A stretch of 64,000 nucleotides of DNA from Eledone cirrhosa (Eukaryota): the NCBI GenBank assembly GCA_964016885.1, contig OZ024743.1:166346001-166410000 (forward strand), in the 5' to 3' direction. The notes under the pieces were generated by a model, which saw nothing but the letters and a program-made list of their open reading frames with translations, made no database searches and was not told the DNA's origin. Positions 1 to 14,103 of this stretch are shown here, piece by piece (position 1 is the stretch's first letter; every line of letters begins with the position of its first letter). The translations under genes were made by a program, and so were the position numbers.

Positions 1-3000
1 AGAACAAATACTTTAGTACAGACATCAGCAAGAGAACAAATACTTTAGTACAGACATCAGCAAGAGAACAAATACTTTAGTACAGACATCAGGAAGAGGA
101 CAAATACTTTAGTACAGACATCAGCTAGAGAACAAATACTTTAGTACAGACATCAGGAAGAGGACAAATATTTTAGTACAGACATCAGGAAGAGAACAAA
201 TACTTTAGTACAGACATCAGCAAGAGAACAAATACTTTAGTACAGACATCAGGAAGAGGACAAATATTTTAGTACAGACATCAGGAAGAGGACAAATACT
301 TTAGTACAGACATCAGCAAGAGAACAAATACTTTAGTACAGACACCAGGAAGAGGACAAATATTTTAGTACAGACATCAGGAAGAGGACAAATACTTTAG
401 TACAGACATCAGCAAGAGAACAAATACTTTAGTACAGACATCAGCAAGAGGACAAATACTTTAGTACAGACATCAGGAAGAGAACAAATACTTTAGTACA
501 GACATCAGCAAGAGGACAAATACTTTAGTACAGACATCAGCAAGAGAACAAATACTTTAGTACAGACATCAGCAAGAGAACAAATACTTTAGTACAGACA
601 TTAGGAAGAGGACAAATACTTTAGTACAGACATCAGCAAGAGAACAAATACTTTAGTACAGACATCAGGAAGAGGACAAATATTTTAGTACAGACATCAG
701 GAAGAGAACAAATACTTTAGTACAGACATCAGCAAGAGAACAAATACTTTAGTACAGACATCAGGAAGAGGACAAATATTTTAGTACAGACATCAGGAAG
801 AGGACAAATACTTTAGTACAGACATCAGCAAGAGAACAAATACTTTAGTACAGACACCAGGAAGAGGACAAATACTTTAGTACAGACATCAGCAAGAGAA
901 CAAATACTTTAGTACAGACATCAGCAAGAGAACAAATACTTTAGTACAGACATCAGGAAGAGGACAAATACTTTCGTACAGACATCAGCAAGAGAACAAA
1001 TACTTTAGTACAGACATCAGCAAGAGAACAAATACTTTAGTACAGACATCAGCAAGAGAACAAATACTTTAGTACAGACATCAGGAAGAGGACAAATACT
1101 TTAGTACAGACATCAGCTAGAGAACAAATACTTTAGTACAGACATCAGGAAGAGGACAAATACTTTAGTACAGACATCAGGAAGAGGACAAATATTTTAG
1201 TACAGACATCAGGAAGAGGACAAATACTTTAGTACAGACATCAGCAAGAGAACAAATACTTTAGTACAGACATCAGGAAGAGGACAAATACTTTAGTACA
1301 GACATCAGCAAGAGAACAAATACTTTAGTACAGACATCAGCAAGAGAACAAATACTTTAGTACAGACATCAGGAAGAGAACAAATACTTTAGTACAGACA
1401 TCAGGAAGAGGACAAATACTTTAGTACAGACATCAGGAAGAGAACAAATACTTTAGTACAGACATCAGGAAGAGGACAAATACTTTCGTACAGACATCAG
1501 CTAGAGAACAAATACTTTAGTACAGACATCAGGAAGAGGACAAATACTTTAGTACAGACATCAGCTAGAGAACAAATACTTTAGTACAGACATCAGGAAG
1601 AGGACAAATACTTTAGTACAGACATCAGCTAGAGAACAAATACTTTAGTACAGACATCAGGAAGAGGACAAATACTTTAGTACAGACATCAGCAAGAGAA
1701 CAAATACTTTAGTACAGACATCAGGAAGAGGACAAATACTTTCGTACAGACATCAGCAAGAGAACAAATACTTTAGTACAGACATCAGCAAGAGAACAAA
1801 TACTTTAGTACAGACATCAGGAAGAGGACAAATACTTTAGTATAGACATCAGCTAGAGAACAAATACTTTAGTACAGACATCAGCAAGAGAACAAATACT
1901 TTAGTACAGACATCAGCAAGAGAACAAATACTTTAGTACAGACATCAGGAAGAGGACAAATACTTTAGTACAGACATCAGGAAGAGAACAAATACTTTAG
2001 TACAGACATCAGGAAGAGGACAAATACTTTCGTACAGACATCAGCAAGAGAACAAATACTTTAGTACAGACATCAGCAAGAGAACAAATACTTTAGTACA
2101 GACATCAGGAAGAGGACAAATACTTTAGTATAGACATCAGCTAGAGAACAAATACTTTAGTACAGACATCAGCAAGAGAACAAATACTTTAGTACAGACA
2201 TCAGCAAGAGAACAAATACTTTAGTACAGACATCAGGAAGAGAACAAATACTTTAGTACAGACATCAGGAAGAGGACAAATACTTTCGTACAGACATCAG
2301 CAAGAGAACAAATACTTTAGTACAGACATCAGCAAGAGAACAAATACTTTAGTACAGACATCAGCAAGAGAACAAATACTTTAGTACAGACATTAGGAAG
2401 AGGACAAATACTTTAGTACAGACATCAGCAAGAGAACAAATACTTTAGTACAGACATCAGGAAGAGAACAAATACTTTAGTACAGACATCAGGAAGAGGA
2501 CAAATACTTTAGTACAGACATCAGCAAGAGAACAAATACTTTAGTACAGACATCAGCAAGAGAACAAATACTTTAGTACAGACATTAGGAAGAGGACAAA
2601 TACTTTAGTACAGACATCAGCAAGAGAACAAATACTTTAGTACAGACATCAGCAAGAGAACAAATACTTTAGTACAGACATTAGGAAGAGGACAAATACT
2701 TTAGTACAGACATCAGCAAGAGAACAAATACTTTAGTACAGACATCAGCAAGAGAACAAATACTTTAGTACAGACATCAGGAAGAGGACAAATACTTTAG
2801 TACAGACATCAGCAAGAGGACAAATACTTTAGTACAGACATCAGCAAGAGAACAAATACTTTAGTACAGACATCAGGAAGAGGACAAATACTTTAGTACA
2901 GACATCAGCTAGAGAACAAATACTTTAGTACAGACATCAGGAAGAGGACAAATACTTTAGTACAGACATCAGGAAGAGGACAAATACTTTAGTACAGACA

Positions 3001-6000
3001 TCAGCAAGAGGACAAATACTTTAGTACAGACATCAGTAAGAGAACAAATACTTTAGTACAGACATCAGGAAGAGGACAAATACTTTAGTACAGACATCAG
3101 CAAGAGAACAAATACTTTAGTACAGACATCAGGAAGAGAACAAATACTTTAGTACAGACATCAGCAAGAGGACAAATACTTTAGTACAGACATCAGGAAG
3201 AGAACAAATACTTTAGTACAGACATCAGCAAGAGGACAAATACTTTAGTACAGACATCAGCAAGAGAACAAATACTTTAGTACAGACATCAGCAAGAGAA
3301 CAAATACTTTAGTACAGACATTAGGAAGAGGACAAATACTTTAGTACAGACATCAGCAAGAGAACAAATACTTTAGTACAGACATCAGGAAGAGGACAAA
3401 TACTTTAGTACAGACATCAGCAAGAGGACAAATACTTTAGTACAGACATCAGCAAGAGAACAAATACTTTAGTACAGACATCAGGAAGAGAACAAATACT
3501 TTAGTACAGACATCAGGAAGAGGACAAATACTTTAGTACAGACATCAGCAAGAGAACAAATACTTTAGTACAGACATCAGCAAGAGAACAAATACTTTAG
3601 TACAGACATCAGCAAGAGAACAAATACTTTAGTACAGACATCAGCTAGAGAACAAATACTTTAGTACAGACATCAGCTAGAGAACAAATACTTTAGTACA
3701 GACATCAGGAAGAGAACAAATACTTTAGTACAGACATCAGCAAGAGAACAAATACTTTAGTACAGACATCAGCTAGAGAACAAATATTTTAGTACAGACA
3801 TCAGCTAGAGAACAAATACTTTAGTACAGACATCAGCTAGAGAACAAATATTTTAGTACAGACATCAGCTAGAGAACAAATACTTTAGTACAGACATCAG
3901 GAAGAGAACAAATACTTTAGTACAGACATCAGCTGGAGAACAAATACTTTAGTACAGACATCAGGAACAGAACAAATACTTTAGTACAGACATCAGGAAG
4001 AGAACAAATACTTTAGTACAGACATCAGCAAGAGGACAAATACTTTAGTACAGACATCAGGAAGAGAACAAATACTTTAGTACAGACATCAGCAAGAGGA
4101 CAAATACTTTAGTACAGACATCAGCAAGAGAACAAATACTTTAGTACAGACATCAGCAAGAGAACAAATACTTTAGTACAGACATCAGCAAGAGAACAAA
4201 TACTTTAGTACAGACATCAGGAAGAGGACAAATACTTTAGTACAGACATCAGCTAGAGAACAAATACTTTAGTACAGACATCAGGAAGAGGACAAATATT
4301 TTAGTACAGACATCAGGAAGAGGACAAATACTTTAGTACAGACATCAGCTAGAGAACAAATACTTTAGTACAGACATCAGCAAGAGAACAAATACTTTAG
4401 TACAGACATCAGGAAGAGGACAAATATTTTAGTACAGACATCAGGAAGAGGACAAATACTTTAGTACAGACATCAGCAAGAGAACAAATACTTTAGTACA
4501 GACATCATCAAGAGAACAAATACTTTGGTACAGACATCAGGAAGAGGACAAATACTTTAGTACAGACATCAGCAAGAGAACAAATACTTTAGTACAGACA
4601 CCAGGAAGAGGACAAATACTTTAGTACAGACATCAGCAAGAGAACAAATACTTTAGTACAGACATCAGCAAGAGAACAAATACTTTAGTACAGACATCAG
4701 GAAGAGGACAAATACTTTCGTACAGACATCAGCTAGAGAACAAATACTTTAGTACAGACATCAGGAAGAGGACAAATACTTTAGTACAGACATCAGGAAG
4801 AGGACAAATATTTTAGTACAGACATCAGGAAGAGGACAAATACTTTAGTACAGACATCAGGAAGAGGACAAATATTTTAGTACAGACATCAGGAAGAGGA
4901 CAAATATTTTAGTACAGACATCAGGAAGAGGACAAATACTTTAGTACAGACATCAGGAAGAGGACAAATATTTTAGTACAGACATCAGGAAGAGGACAAA
5001 TACTTTAGTACAGACATCAGGAAGAGGACAAATATTTTAGTACAGACATCAGGAAGAGGACAAATACTTTAGTACAGACATCAGGAAGAGGACAAATACT
5101 TTAGTACAGACATCAGGAAGAGGACAAATACTTTAGTACAGACATCAGGAAGAGGACAAATATTTTAGTACAGACATCAGGAAGAGGACAAATACTTTAG
5201 TACAGACATCAGGAAGAGGACAAATACTTTCGTACAGACATCAGCAAGAGAACAAATACTTTAGTACAGACATCAGCAAGAGAACAAATACTTTAGTACA
5301 GACATCAGGAAGAGGACAAATACTTTAGTATAGACATCAGCTAGAGAACAAATACTTTAGTACAGACATCAGCAAGAGAACAAATACTTTAGTACAGACA
5401 TCAGCAAGAGAACAAATACTTTAGTACAGACATCAGCAAGAGAACAAATACTTTAGTACAGACATTAGGAAGAGGACAAATACTTTAGTACAGACATCAG
5501 CAAGAGAACAAATACTTTAGTACAGACATCAGGAAGAGGACAAATACTTTAGTACAGACATCAGCAAGAGGACAAATACTTTAGTACAGACATCAGCAAG
5601 AGAACAAATACTTTAGTACAGACATCAGGAAGAGAACAAATACTTTAGTACAGACATCAGGAAGAGAACAAATACTTTAGTACAGACATCAGGAAGAGAA
5701 CAAATACTTTAGTACAGACATCAGCAAGAGAACAAATACTTTAGTACAGACATCAGGAAGAGAACAAATACTTTAGTACAGACATCAGGAAGAGAACAAA
5801 TACTTTAGTACAGACATCAGCAAGAGGACAAATACTTTAGTACAGACATCAGCAAGAGAACAAATACTTTAGTACAGACATCAGGAAGAGAACAAATACT
5901 TTAGTACAGACATCAGCAAGAGAACAAATACTTTAGTACAGACATCAGGAAGAGGACAAATACTTTAGTACAGACATCAGCAAGAGGACAAATACTTTAG

Positions 6001-8520
6001 TACAGACATCAGCAAGAGAACAAATACTTTAGTACAGACATCAGCAAGAGAACAAATACTTTAGTACAGACATCAGTAAGAGAACAAATACTTTAGTACA
6101 GACATCAGGAAGAGGACAAATACTTTAGTACAGACATCAGCAAGAGAACAAATACTTTAGTACAGACATCAGGAAGAGAACAAATACTTTAGTACAGACA
6201 TCAGCAAGAGGACAAATACTTTAGTACAGACATCAGGAAGAGAACAAATACTTTAGTACAGACATCAGCAAGAGGACAAATACTTTAGTACAGACATCAG
6301 CAAGAGAACAAATACTTTAGTACAGACATCAGCAAGAGAACAAATACTTTAGTACAGACATTAGGAAGAGGACAAATACTTTAGTACAGACATCAGCAAG
6401 AGAACAAATACTTTAGTACAGACATTAGGAAGAGGACAAATACTTTAGTACAGACATCAGCAAGAGGACAAATACTTTAGTACAGACATCAGCAAGAGGA
6501 CAAATACTTTAGTACAGACATCAGCAAGAGAACAAATACTTTAGTACAGACATCAGGAAGAGAACAAATACTTTAGTACAGACATCAGGAAGAGGACAAA
6601 TACTTTAGTACAGACATCAGCAAGAGAACAAATACTTTAGTACAGACATCAGCAAGAGAACAAATACTTTAGTACAGACATCAGCAAGAGAACAAATACT
6701 TTAGTACAGACATCAGCTAGAGAACAAATACTTTAGTACAGACATCAGCTAGAGAACAAATACTTTAGTACAGACATCAGGAAGAGAACAAATACTTTAG
6801 TACAGACATCAGCAAGAGAACAAATACTTTAGTACAGACATCAGCTAGAGAACAAATATTTTAGTACAGACATCAGCTAGAGAACAAATACTTTAGTACA
6901 GACATCAGCTAGAGAACAAATATTTTAGTACAGACATCAGCTAGAGAACAAATACTTTAGTACAGACATCAGGAAGAGAACAAATACTTTAGTACAGACA
7001 TCAGCTGGAGAACAAATACTTTAGTACAGACATCAGGAACAGAACAAATACTTTAGTACAGACATCAGGAAGAGGACAAATACTTTAGTACAGACATCAG
7101 CAAGAGAACAAATACTTTAGTACAGACATCAGGAAGAGGGCAAATACTTTAGTACAGACATCAGGAAGAGGACAAATACTTTAGTACAGGCATCAGCTAG
7201 AGAACAAATACTTTAGTACAGACATCAGGAAGAGAACAAATACTTTAGTACAGACATCAGGAAGAGGACAAATACTTTAGTACAGACATCAGGAAGAGGA
7301 CAAATACTTTAGTACAGACATCAGCAAGAGAACAAATACTTTAGTACAGACATCAGGAAGAGGACAAATACTTTAGTACAGACATCAGGAAGAGGACAAA
7401 TACTTTAGTACAGACATCAGCAAGAGAACAAATATTTTAGTACAGACATCAGGAAGAGGACAAATACTTTAGTACAGACATCAGCTAGAGAACAAATACT
7501 TTAGTACAGACATCAGCTAGAGAACAAATACTTTAGTACAGACATCAGGAAGAGAACAAATACTTTAGTACAGACATCAAGAAGAGGACAAATACTTTAG
7601 TACAGACATCAGCAAGAGAACAAATACTTTAGTACAGACATCAGGAAGAGGACAAATACTTTAGTACAGACATCAGCAAGAGAACAAATACTTTAGTACA
7701 GACATCAGCAAGAGAAATACTTTAGTACAGACATCAGGAAGAGAACAAATACTTTTGTAGCGGTTGTCTCCCTTGTTTGGATTAACATCTAGACGGGAAG
7801 TAGAACTCTTTCTGCAACTTCCGGTCAGAACCCTATAAAAGTAACAACTTTAAGTTCTCACTCTCTCATTGCCCTTTCGGCACCAGGCCAAGAGCCTCTC
7901 ATTGCCTTCCGGCGCCTGGCATTAGCCAGGCGTCCTCTGCCAGCCGCGTTTGCCTGGCAATCAAAACGGTAACGACTAACTTTGTTTCATTCTATCATCT
8001 ATTTCTTTGACATGCCAACTATACTATCTACTATTGTTAATTAAATATTATACACACAAACCATGTCTCGTTTTGTTACATTCATACAACCCAGTATCTC
8101 CGCTATACTTCAGTACAGACATCTGGAAGAGAACAAATACTTTAGTACAGACATCAGGAAGAGGACAAATACTTTAATACAGACATCAGGAAGAGGACAA
8201 ATACTTTAGTACAGACATCAGGAAGAGGACAAATACTTTAGTACAGACATCAGGAAGATGACAAATACTTTAGTACAGACATCAGCAAGAGGACAAATAC
8301 TTTAGTACAGACATCAGCAAGAGGACAAATACTTTAGTACAGACATCAGCAAGAGAACAAATACTTTAGTACAGACATCAGCAAGAGAACAAATACTTTA
8401 GTACAGACATCAGCTGGAGAACAAATACTTTAGTACAGACATCAGGAAGAGAACAAATACTTTAGTACAGACATCAGGAAGAGGACAAATGCTTTAGTAC
8501 AGACATCAGGAAGAGGATAG
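1..8520. repeat. 32-bp minisatellite array, roughly 255 units in window, open at the left edge
   Basis: Head-to-tail units of AGAACAAATACTTTAGTACAGACATCAGCAAG with a few variant positions (gCa/gGa/gCt; agAac/agGac). No spacers. Interrupted at 7756-8107 and decays at about 8520. Confidence 0.98.
7756..8107 (+). mobile_element. Solo LTR inserted in the minisatellite
   Basis: TGTAGCGG...CCGCTATA inverted ends; 4-bp TSD CTTT/CTTC within a repeat unit; CCCTATAAAAG TATA box; visibly homologous to the LTRs at 22602-22991 and 24384-24724 (e.g. TCAAAACGGTAAC, TTGTTAATTAAA..TTATACACACAA). Confidence 0.9.
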
Positions 8521-8699
8521 ATATATGTTAGTACTAACACCAGCAAAGATACAATGTCTGTTAAAAAGTACCTGGCTTTCTTGTTTCCCCATGGGAAGTA
8601 ATAATGTTAGGGAGACATTTATGCATGTGTTTTTTTTGTGAGCTTGCAGGATACATCAGTCACTATCAGGCAACTAGTATATAAGGTACATCACATTTT

Positions 8700-9296
8700 T
8701 GTTTTGCCTGATACTGCCAACAAGGATCCTGAGTTTCTGAATATCATGACAACTGGAGAGGAGACGTGGGTGTACAGGCACAATTAAGAAACCAAAGCTC
8801 AGTCATCACAGTTGAAGTATCCAATGTCATCAAGGCACAAAAAAGCTTGTTAGGTGCAGATCAAAATCAAGGTAATGTTGACTGTTTTCATGAACTACTA
8901 AATTCCAAGATTCACCAGAAATTGAGCATCCCAAATATGCACCAGAAAAAGAAACAGTTATAAAGTCCTGCAATGTCTTTGTGGTGTAGTTTGGCACAAG
9001 AGACTGGATCTGTGAGCCTCACAAAACAGACAGCTGCATCATGACAATGCCCTACCGCAATTGTTGGAATTGGTCATAGGTTTCTTGGCAACGAAAGACA
9101 TTCTCTTCATTTGCTAGGCTCCTTACTCTCCAGACATAGCTCCTTCTGACGTCTATGGGAGTCAAGTGGACATCATGCAGACTGTCAATGGAGCTGAGAG
9201 TCATTTCAAACATGCTTTGAAAGTGACAGGATCGCTGGCCTAAATCAACAAAGAATGTAATTTTTTTCCTCAGATTAAGGTCGGATACTTTTTTGA
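8700..9296 (+). pseudogene. Degenerate mariner-family transposase remnant
   Basis: Manual translation gives DPEFLNIMTTGEETWVY, KIKVMLTVF, LHHDNA and PYSPDIAPSD in order, matching mariner motifs TGDETW, HDNA and YSPDLAP; broken by frameshifts and deletions. Confidence 0.8.
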
Positions 9297-9390
9297 GAGA
9301 TTTTGTTTGTTAGAACAAACCTAAGCAAGAAAACAAACATAACAGGATATTCTTTCAAGGACTTGTTGACATGGAAAATTGGGTTTTAAA

Positions 9391-9635
9391 TCAATCACAA
9401 TGACAAGGATGACGATGGTAGAGGTGATAGCAATAGTGATGGTAATGATGTTGATGGATATGATGATGGCAAGGATGATGATGAAAGCAATGGTGGTGAT
9501 GATGATGATGGTAGCTATTATGGTGATATAGGTGACAATGGTAATGATGGTAGCAATTGTGGTAATAATGATGATACCAACTGTGGTGGCAGCGATGATG
9601 ATGATGATTGTGGTAGTGTTGGTGGTGACGGTAGT
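9391..9635. repeat. Degenerate (ATG/GTG)n microsatellite
   Basis: gatgatggt-type trinucleotide runs; explains the His-rich 99-aa ORF. Confidence 0.9.
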
Positions 9636-9644
9636 AATACTTAC

Positions 9645-9798
9645 TTATTGACATTCTGTTCTCGGTTAGGTCCATGATAGATGAGGACACTTAACAAACC
9701 CCTTTTGCACCTGCTCTCAACTTCTTTGCCCCACTGGTGCACCAGGGATGCAGGTGTGATAATTAGGGTGGCTTTACTCTTCATTACACAACTACTGT
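9645..9798 (-). CDS. TTF2: TTF2-like exon 8 of 8 visible (SNF2 motif Ia region)
   Basis: (D)SSCVMKSKATLIITPASLVHQWGKEVESRCKRGLLSVLIYHGPNREQNVN; acceptor ttcaattag, donor gtaagt; phase 1 in matches the previous exon. Confidence 0.93.
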
Positions 9799-10307
9799 CT
9801 AATTGAAGGATGAAAGTGAGATTAGCTGTTAGCGATGTCATGGTTACTAAAGACATTTGGTGAGAATAGTGGTATCATCATCATTTTATGTTATGTTTTC
9901 TATGTTGACATAAGTTGGTTGAATCATCATGTTTTGAGACTAGAGAGGTCAGAAAACCATGTCATCATCATATGTTCCATATTTCAGCATGGTTTCTATA
10001 ACTTAATGCATTTCCTAACACTAACAATTTTATAGTGTGTGAACGAGGAAGGGACCTCAAACCCATCAAGGAGGGAAGTAACTCCAAATAAGAACTGACT
10101 TCGACTGTGATGACCAATGACAACATAGAAAACATTTGTAAAATCCTAATGATGGTGATGTTGTTGTAGTATAAATTTACAGAGCTGGCAAAATCATTTA
10201 CAATACAATAATGTCTGTTTCCTAAGGCGTAAATGTGTGTGTGGAGGAGAACAGTGTTTACTTCTAGTTTTGAGGTATGAGGAAAATAAGAGAGATGGAT
10301 TAAAGAA

Positions 10308-10620
10308 CAGTGGTTTCCAAATTGTGCACCTCAGTGCTGCAAGATATAATTAGGTGCACCATAAATGAACAAGATTCTATTTCAAAATGTGAAAAATACA
10401 AACTGAAATTTGTGATAAATTCTGTCAAACTAAAAATGAAAATATTGATAACTTTGCTCCCTTTAATGACTAAAAGAAGGAACTACAAATATCTTTTCTG
10501 TATTTTTGATTATATATAGTTCTATTTTATACTATAAATATCTTTTTTGAATATTTTCGAATATACGCACAAAGTATACCATAATAGTTTTATTCATTCT
10601 AAACAAATGAGTTACTGCTC
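10308..10620 (+). mobile_element. hAT-like non-autonomous fragment
   Basis: Begins CAGTGGTTTCCAAA, a typical hAT/Charlie terminus; the right end was not found. Confidence 0.35.
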
Positions 10621-10785
10621 TGGATGGTTGCTATAAATAGCAGCTAATCCATTCTCAAATCACACCATACTGTCATAAAAAAAGGAGGAGCACATTGGAT
10701 AATGTCAGTAAAGAAAGGAGAGATGGTATTGGCTGGAATCAGTGCTGACTTGGACTAAACGACATCAACATCAAGTGAAATAAGA

Positions 10786-11170
10786 TAATTGTTTCTACTT
10801 TTGGCACAAGGCCAGCAATTACCCAGTACATTACTGGTACTTTATTTTATCGACCCCATAAAGATGAAAGGCAAAGTTAACCTCGACGGGATTTGAACTC
10901 AGACCGTAAAGGGGCATAACTATGTTAGAAAGCATGGCGTCCAACCCTCTACCGGTACTGCCAATTCACATCAAGTGAAATAAGATAATTGTTTCTACTT
11001 TTGGCACAAGGCCAGCAAATACCCAGTGTATTACTGGTACTTTATTTTATCGACCCCGTAAGGATGAAAGGCAAAGTTAACCTTGGCGGGATTTGAACTC
11101 AGAATGGCATGGGCCGTAACTCTATGCGTCAAAGCATGGCGTCCGACCCTCTACCGATACTGCCAATCCA
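10786..11170 (-). mobile_element. Two tandem tRNA-derived SINEs (Deu/Nin-domain-like)
   Basis: Each has a B-box GTTCAAATCC, the GCCTTTCATC.TT..GGGGTCGATAAAAT body and the GGCCTTGTGCCAAAAGTAGAAACAATT tail; ACATCAAGTGAAATAAGATAAT is duplicated at about 10768 and 10969 (probable TSD). Confidence 0.88.
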
Positions 11171-11299
11171 AGTGTTCGGATTCATGACAAATCATTGGCA
11201 TCATCATCAGTTTGGAGTCTATTTTGCATGGGTAAGAGGAGCTGTCACATTATGAGACAAGTCAAGTCAGCTGACTGTCTTGTTCATATGGAACTGTTT

Positions 11300-11710
11300 C
11301 TGACTTGGTTTCTGCTGCTGAATGCTTTTCCTAACACCAACCACATTACAGCGTAGACTGAGTTATTTTTATTACGGCACCAAAATGACCATCTGACAGG
11401 GTGGGCCGAGTGCTTTTTCCTTGTGGTACAAGCAGGACCACCTACAGAGTGGACAGGATGCTTTTTGTTTTATCACCAGCACAACCACCTTACAGGCTTG
11501 ACAGGGTGCTTTTTGTCGTGTAATTAGCATAACCACTGTATAGTGTGTCCACATTAGGGTGGACTAGGTGTTTTTTTTATTGTGGTACAAGCATGAGCAC
11601 ATTACAGTGTGGACTGGGTGTTTTTTGTTGTGTCACCAGCACGATCACCTAACAGGGTCGACCAGGTGCTTTTTGTTATTTCACCAGCATGACAACCTTG
11701 CAGTGGTGCT
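11300..11710 (-). repeat. Degenerate ~40-bp tandem module from an RTE 3' UTR
   Basis: Repeated cacattacagtgtggactgggtgcttttt units, the same module seen in the RTE 3' UTRs at 28240-28440 and 55790-55990. Confidence 0.7.
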
Positions 11711-11813
11711 TTATATTTGAATTCATAATCCATAAGTTTGGTAGTCAGTTAAGTGCTATTTACTCAAAACTATCTTCTTAACAGTAGGATAGTAATAGGG
11801 ACAAGACATATAC

Positions 11814-11924
11814 CTTTTTTTAACCATTCTTCTTTTACTGTTTTTTTTAACCTGTCATCTTCTTGCTTTTGTTTCAAGATCAAAGAGATCATGGTCAAAG
11901 TTTTCCCAAGACCCATATCATCAG
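11814..11924 (-). CDS. TTF2: TTF2-like exon 7 (helicase motif I / Walker A)
   Basis: (A)DDMGLGKTLTMISLILKQKQEDDRLKKTVKEEWLKK; acceptor ttcctttcag, donor gtatat; 111 nt, phase 1 to 1. Confidence 0.96.
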
Positions 11925-12175
11925 CTGAAAGGAAAATAAGAGAATTAACCTTTTCTCTACTGTATTTCTAATGACAAGGTCTGCCTATGACTTTCAAATA
12001 ATTTTGAAAATAAAATAAAAAATTTCATATGATTTAATTAAATAACGAGCTTTCTCATTAAAACTCTTACATAGAACTATGATTTTTAGGAAGATTTTTA
12101 GGTAAATAAATATAACAACTTTGTATTATAGAAACAGAGGCAATTTCTTATCAAAAGGGATAAAAAAATGTTACT

Positions 12176-12930
12176 TAACCCTTTTGTGATCATATTTCAA
12201 ATGAAATATACTATTTTAATTACTTAATAAAGTAATTTTTAGGGATTTACTAAAATTATTAATTATTTAATTACTAAGATAGTAACGTATGGTTCTTATA
12301 TAAAATTACGTTGGGAAATTTTAATTGGAAAATTTTAATAGAAAAATTTACATTAAAATTTAACCCATTATCATTTACATTACTCTATATTTACTATTGT
12401 ATTTTGGAGGTAAAAGCTTTATCTTACATAATCATTTTACATAATAGTGAATCTACGAGATTTTGATGTTATTTATTTTGAGAACAATACTTTAACACCA
12501 TATGAGTGACCGACTACGACCAGTATGAGTATGAGTGACCGACTACGACCAGTTTGAACAGAAAGAGGTGAGAGAATTCTGGTTTAAATGCTCAAGGGTT
12601 AAATAGGAACCCTTTAAAATAAGTAGTTTTGTTTCATAGAACCGAAGCCAGTTTTGGTCAAGTTAGTTATTGCGAAAAGAGTGTTAATTAACCTTTTTGT
12701 TCCAACATTTCTAATGAAATACACTGATGATGCTCTTTAGTTAATTTTCAAAATAATTTCATTTTGAAAGAATTTAGAAATATGACTAACTTTTCAATAT
12801 TAAGCTGATGTTTGGAACCCAACAAAGGTTTTTACATAAAATTATATTGGAGGATTATTAGATAAATGCAAAGAGTTTTACATTGTAGTATCAGGACTAA
12901 TTTCAGGTGGTTTAATATCAAACTGTTTAT
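12176..12930. mobile_element. Cluster of TTAA-flanked (piggyBac-type) MITEs, one nested at 12360-12602
   Basis: TTAACCC...GGGTTAA termini. The nested element is homologous to 19591-19820, and the host elements resemble 21975-22206. Confidence 0.75.
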
Positions 12931-13659
12931 CATGCTGGTGACGTTCTGCTTGGTTAAAATGAAATATGCAGTAGAATCATTTTATCATGTGGCCAGATAC
13001 CATCTCTAATCAAACAATTAAAGACTGCTCATAGTCAAGAATGGTGACAAACAACTCCAAATGTTTAGTTTCTAGTTGGAAATGAGGTATATTTCTTTCC
13101 TGCCGTGAACATAGTATTGTTGTAGCATTCACTTGTCTTATCACTTTGCCTTTCTTTCTTTCTCCATCCTTTCCAGTAACATTGTAGCATAATTGCTTCC
13201 TTTCCTTTTCTCAGTTGCAGGGGTAAATAATATTGGTTGTAAACCCCAGGGTAGTAATGGCAGCCAGTATTTTAAGGCCATTTTCCTTGCTAAAGCAAGA
13301 GTTAACCTTGCAGGTACCAACAAAAGCTTAATGCTCATTATGTGGTTTTTTTTGAAGCAATGTTTTATTGACAGATGCCCTCCCTAGTGCCAATCCATAT
13401 AGTGACTTCATATAACAGGCAGGGATATGGTATGCTTATTCTAAACTGAATACACACAAAGGATGAAAATCAAAATTCAGTATTCTATATTGTATGCATG
13501 TAAAAAGTTATTTCTATCATCTGCAGATGTGTTTCAATATGTATATATATTATCAATACAGCTTTGTGTACTATTAGAATCATTTCTAACATTCAAGATA
13601 TTCAACTAGCAACTAATGGTACAGGCTACTTGTGGCCAAGTATTTCACACACGTAAAGG

Positions 13660-13970
13660 TCTGTCATTTAGTAGTTATGATGCTTGGCTCGCAATCGTAA
13701 GGTCACGGGTTCAATTATGGTGGTGCATTATGTCCTTGAATAAGAAACTTTACTTCATATTTCTCCAGTCCACATATCTGGAAAAAATTAGTTGTAATGC
13801 AAAGTTCTGGCCTTGTCACACACTGTGTTACATACAATCTCACTGAGAATGACATTAAGAGTACACATGTCTGTGGAATGCTCAGTCACTTGCACTTTCA
13901 TTTCAAGAGTAAGTTTTTCTGTTAAAAAACTGGAAGAGTTGTTGGAACTGACAGAGGCCCAACAACACAA
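13660..13970 (+). mobile_element. Degenerate CORE-type tRNA SINE
   Basis: GGTTCAA B-box followed by tgtccttgaataagaaactttacttc (CORE-like); homologous to 19217-19560. Confidence 0.6.
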
Positions 13971-14103
13971 TGTATACCTTTAATGTAATACTGGGCCAGA
14001 TAACAGCATAGGACATGGCTAACCCTTTCAATTACAACTAGTCTATTAAAAAGGGTTTTTTGTAGTCTCACAGACACACAAACATACACAATGATTTTCT
14101 TAC

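Noticed and set aside
1-8520. CRISPR-like array of 32-bp repeats with a small dyad
   Set aside because: Units are contiguous with no unique spacers, there are no cas genes, and the context is a eukaryotic intron.
1-8520. Coding tandem repeat
   Set aside because: The unit length is not a multiple of 3 and each unit carries TAG (plus) and TAA (minus), so all frames close quickly.
9391-9690. His-rich 99-aa ORF
   Set aside because: Translation of an (ATG)n-type microsatellite running through a splice donor.
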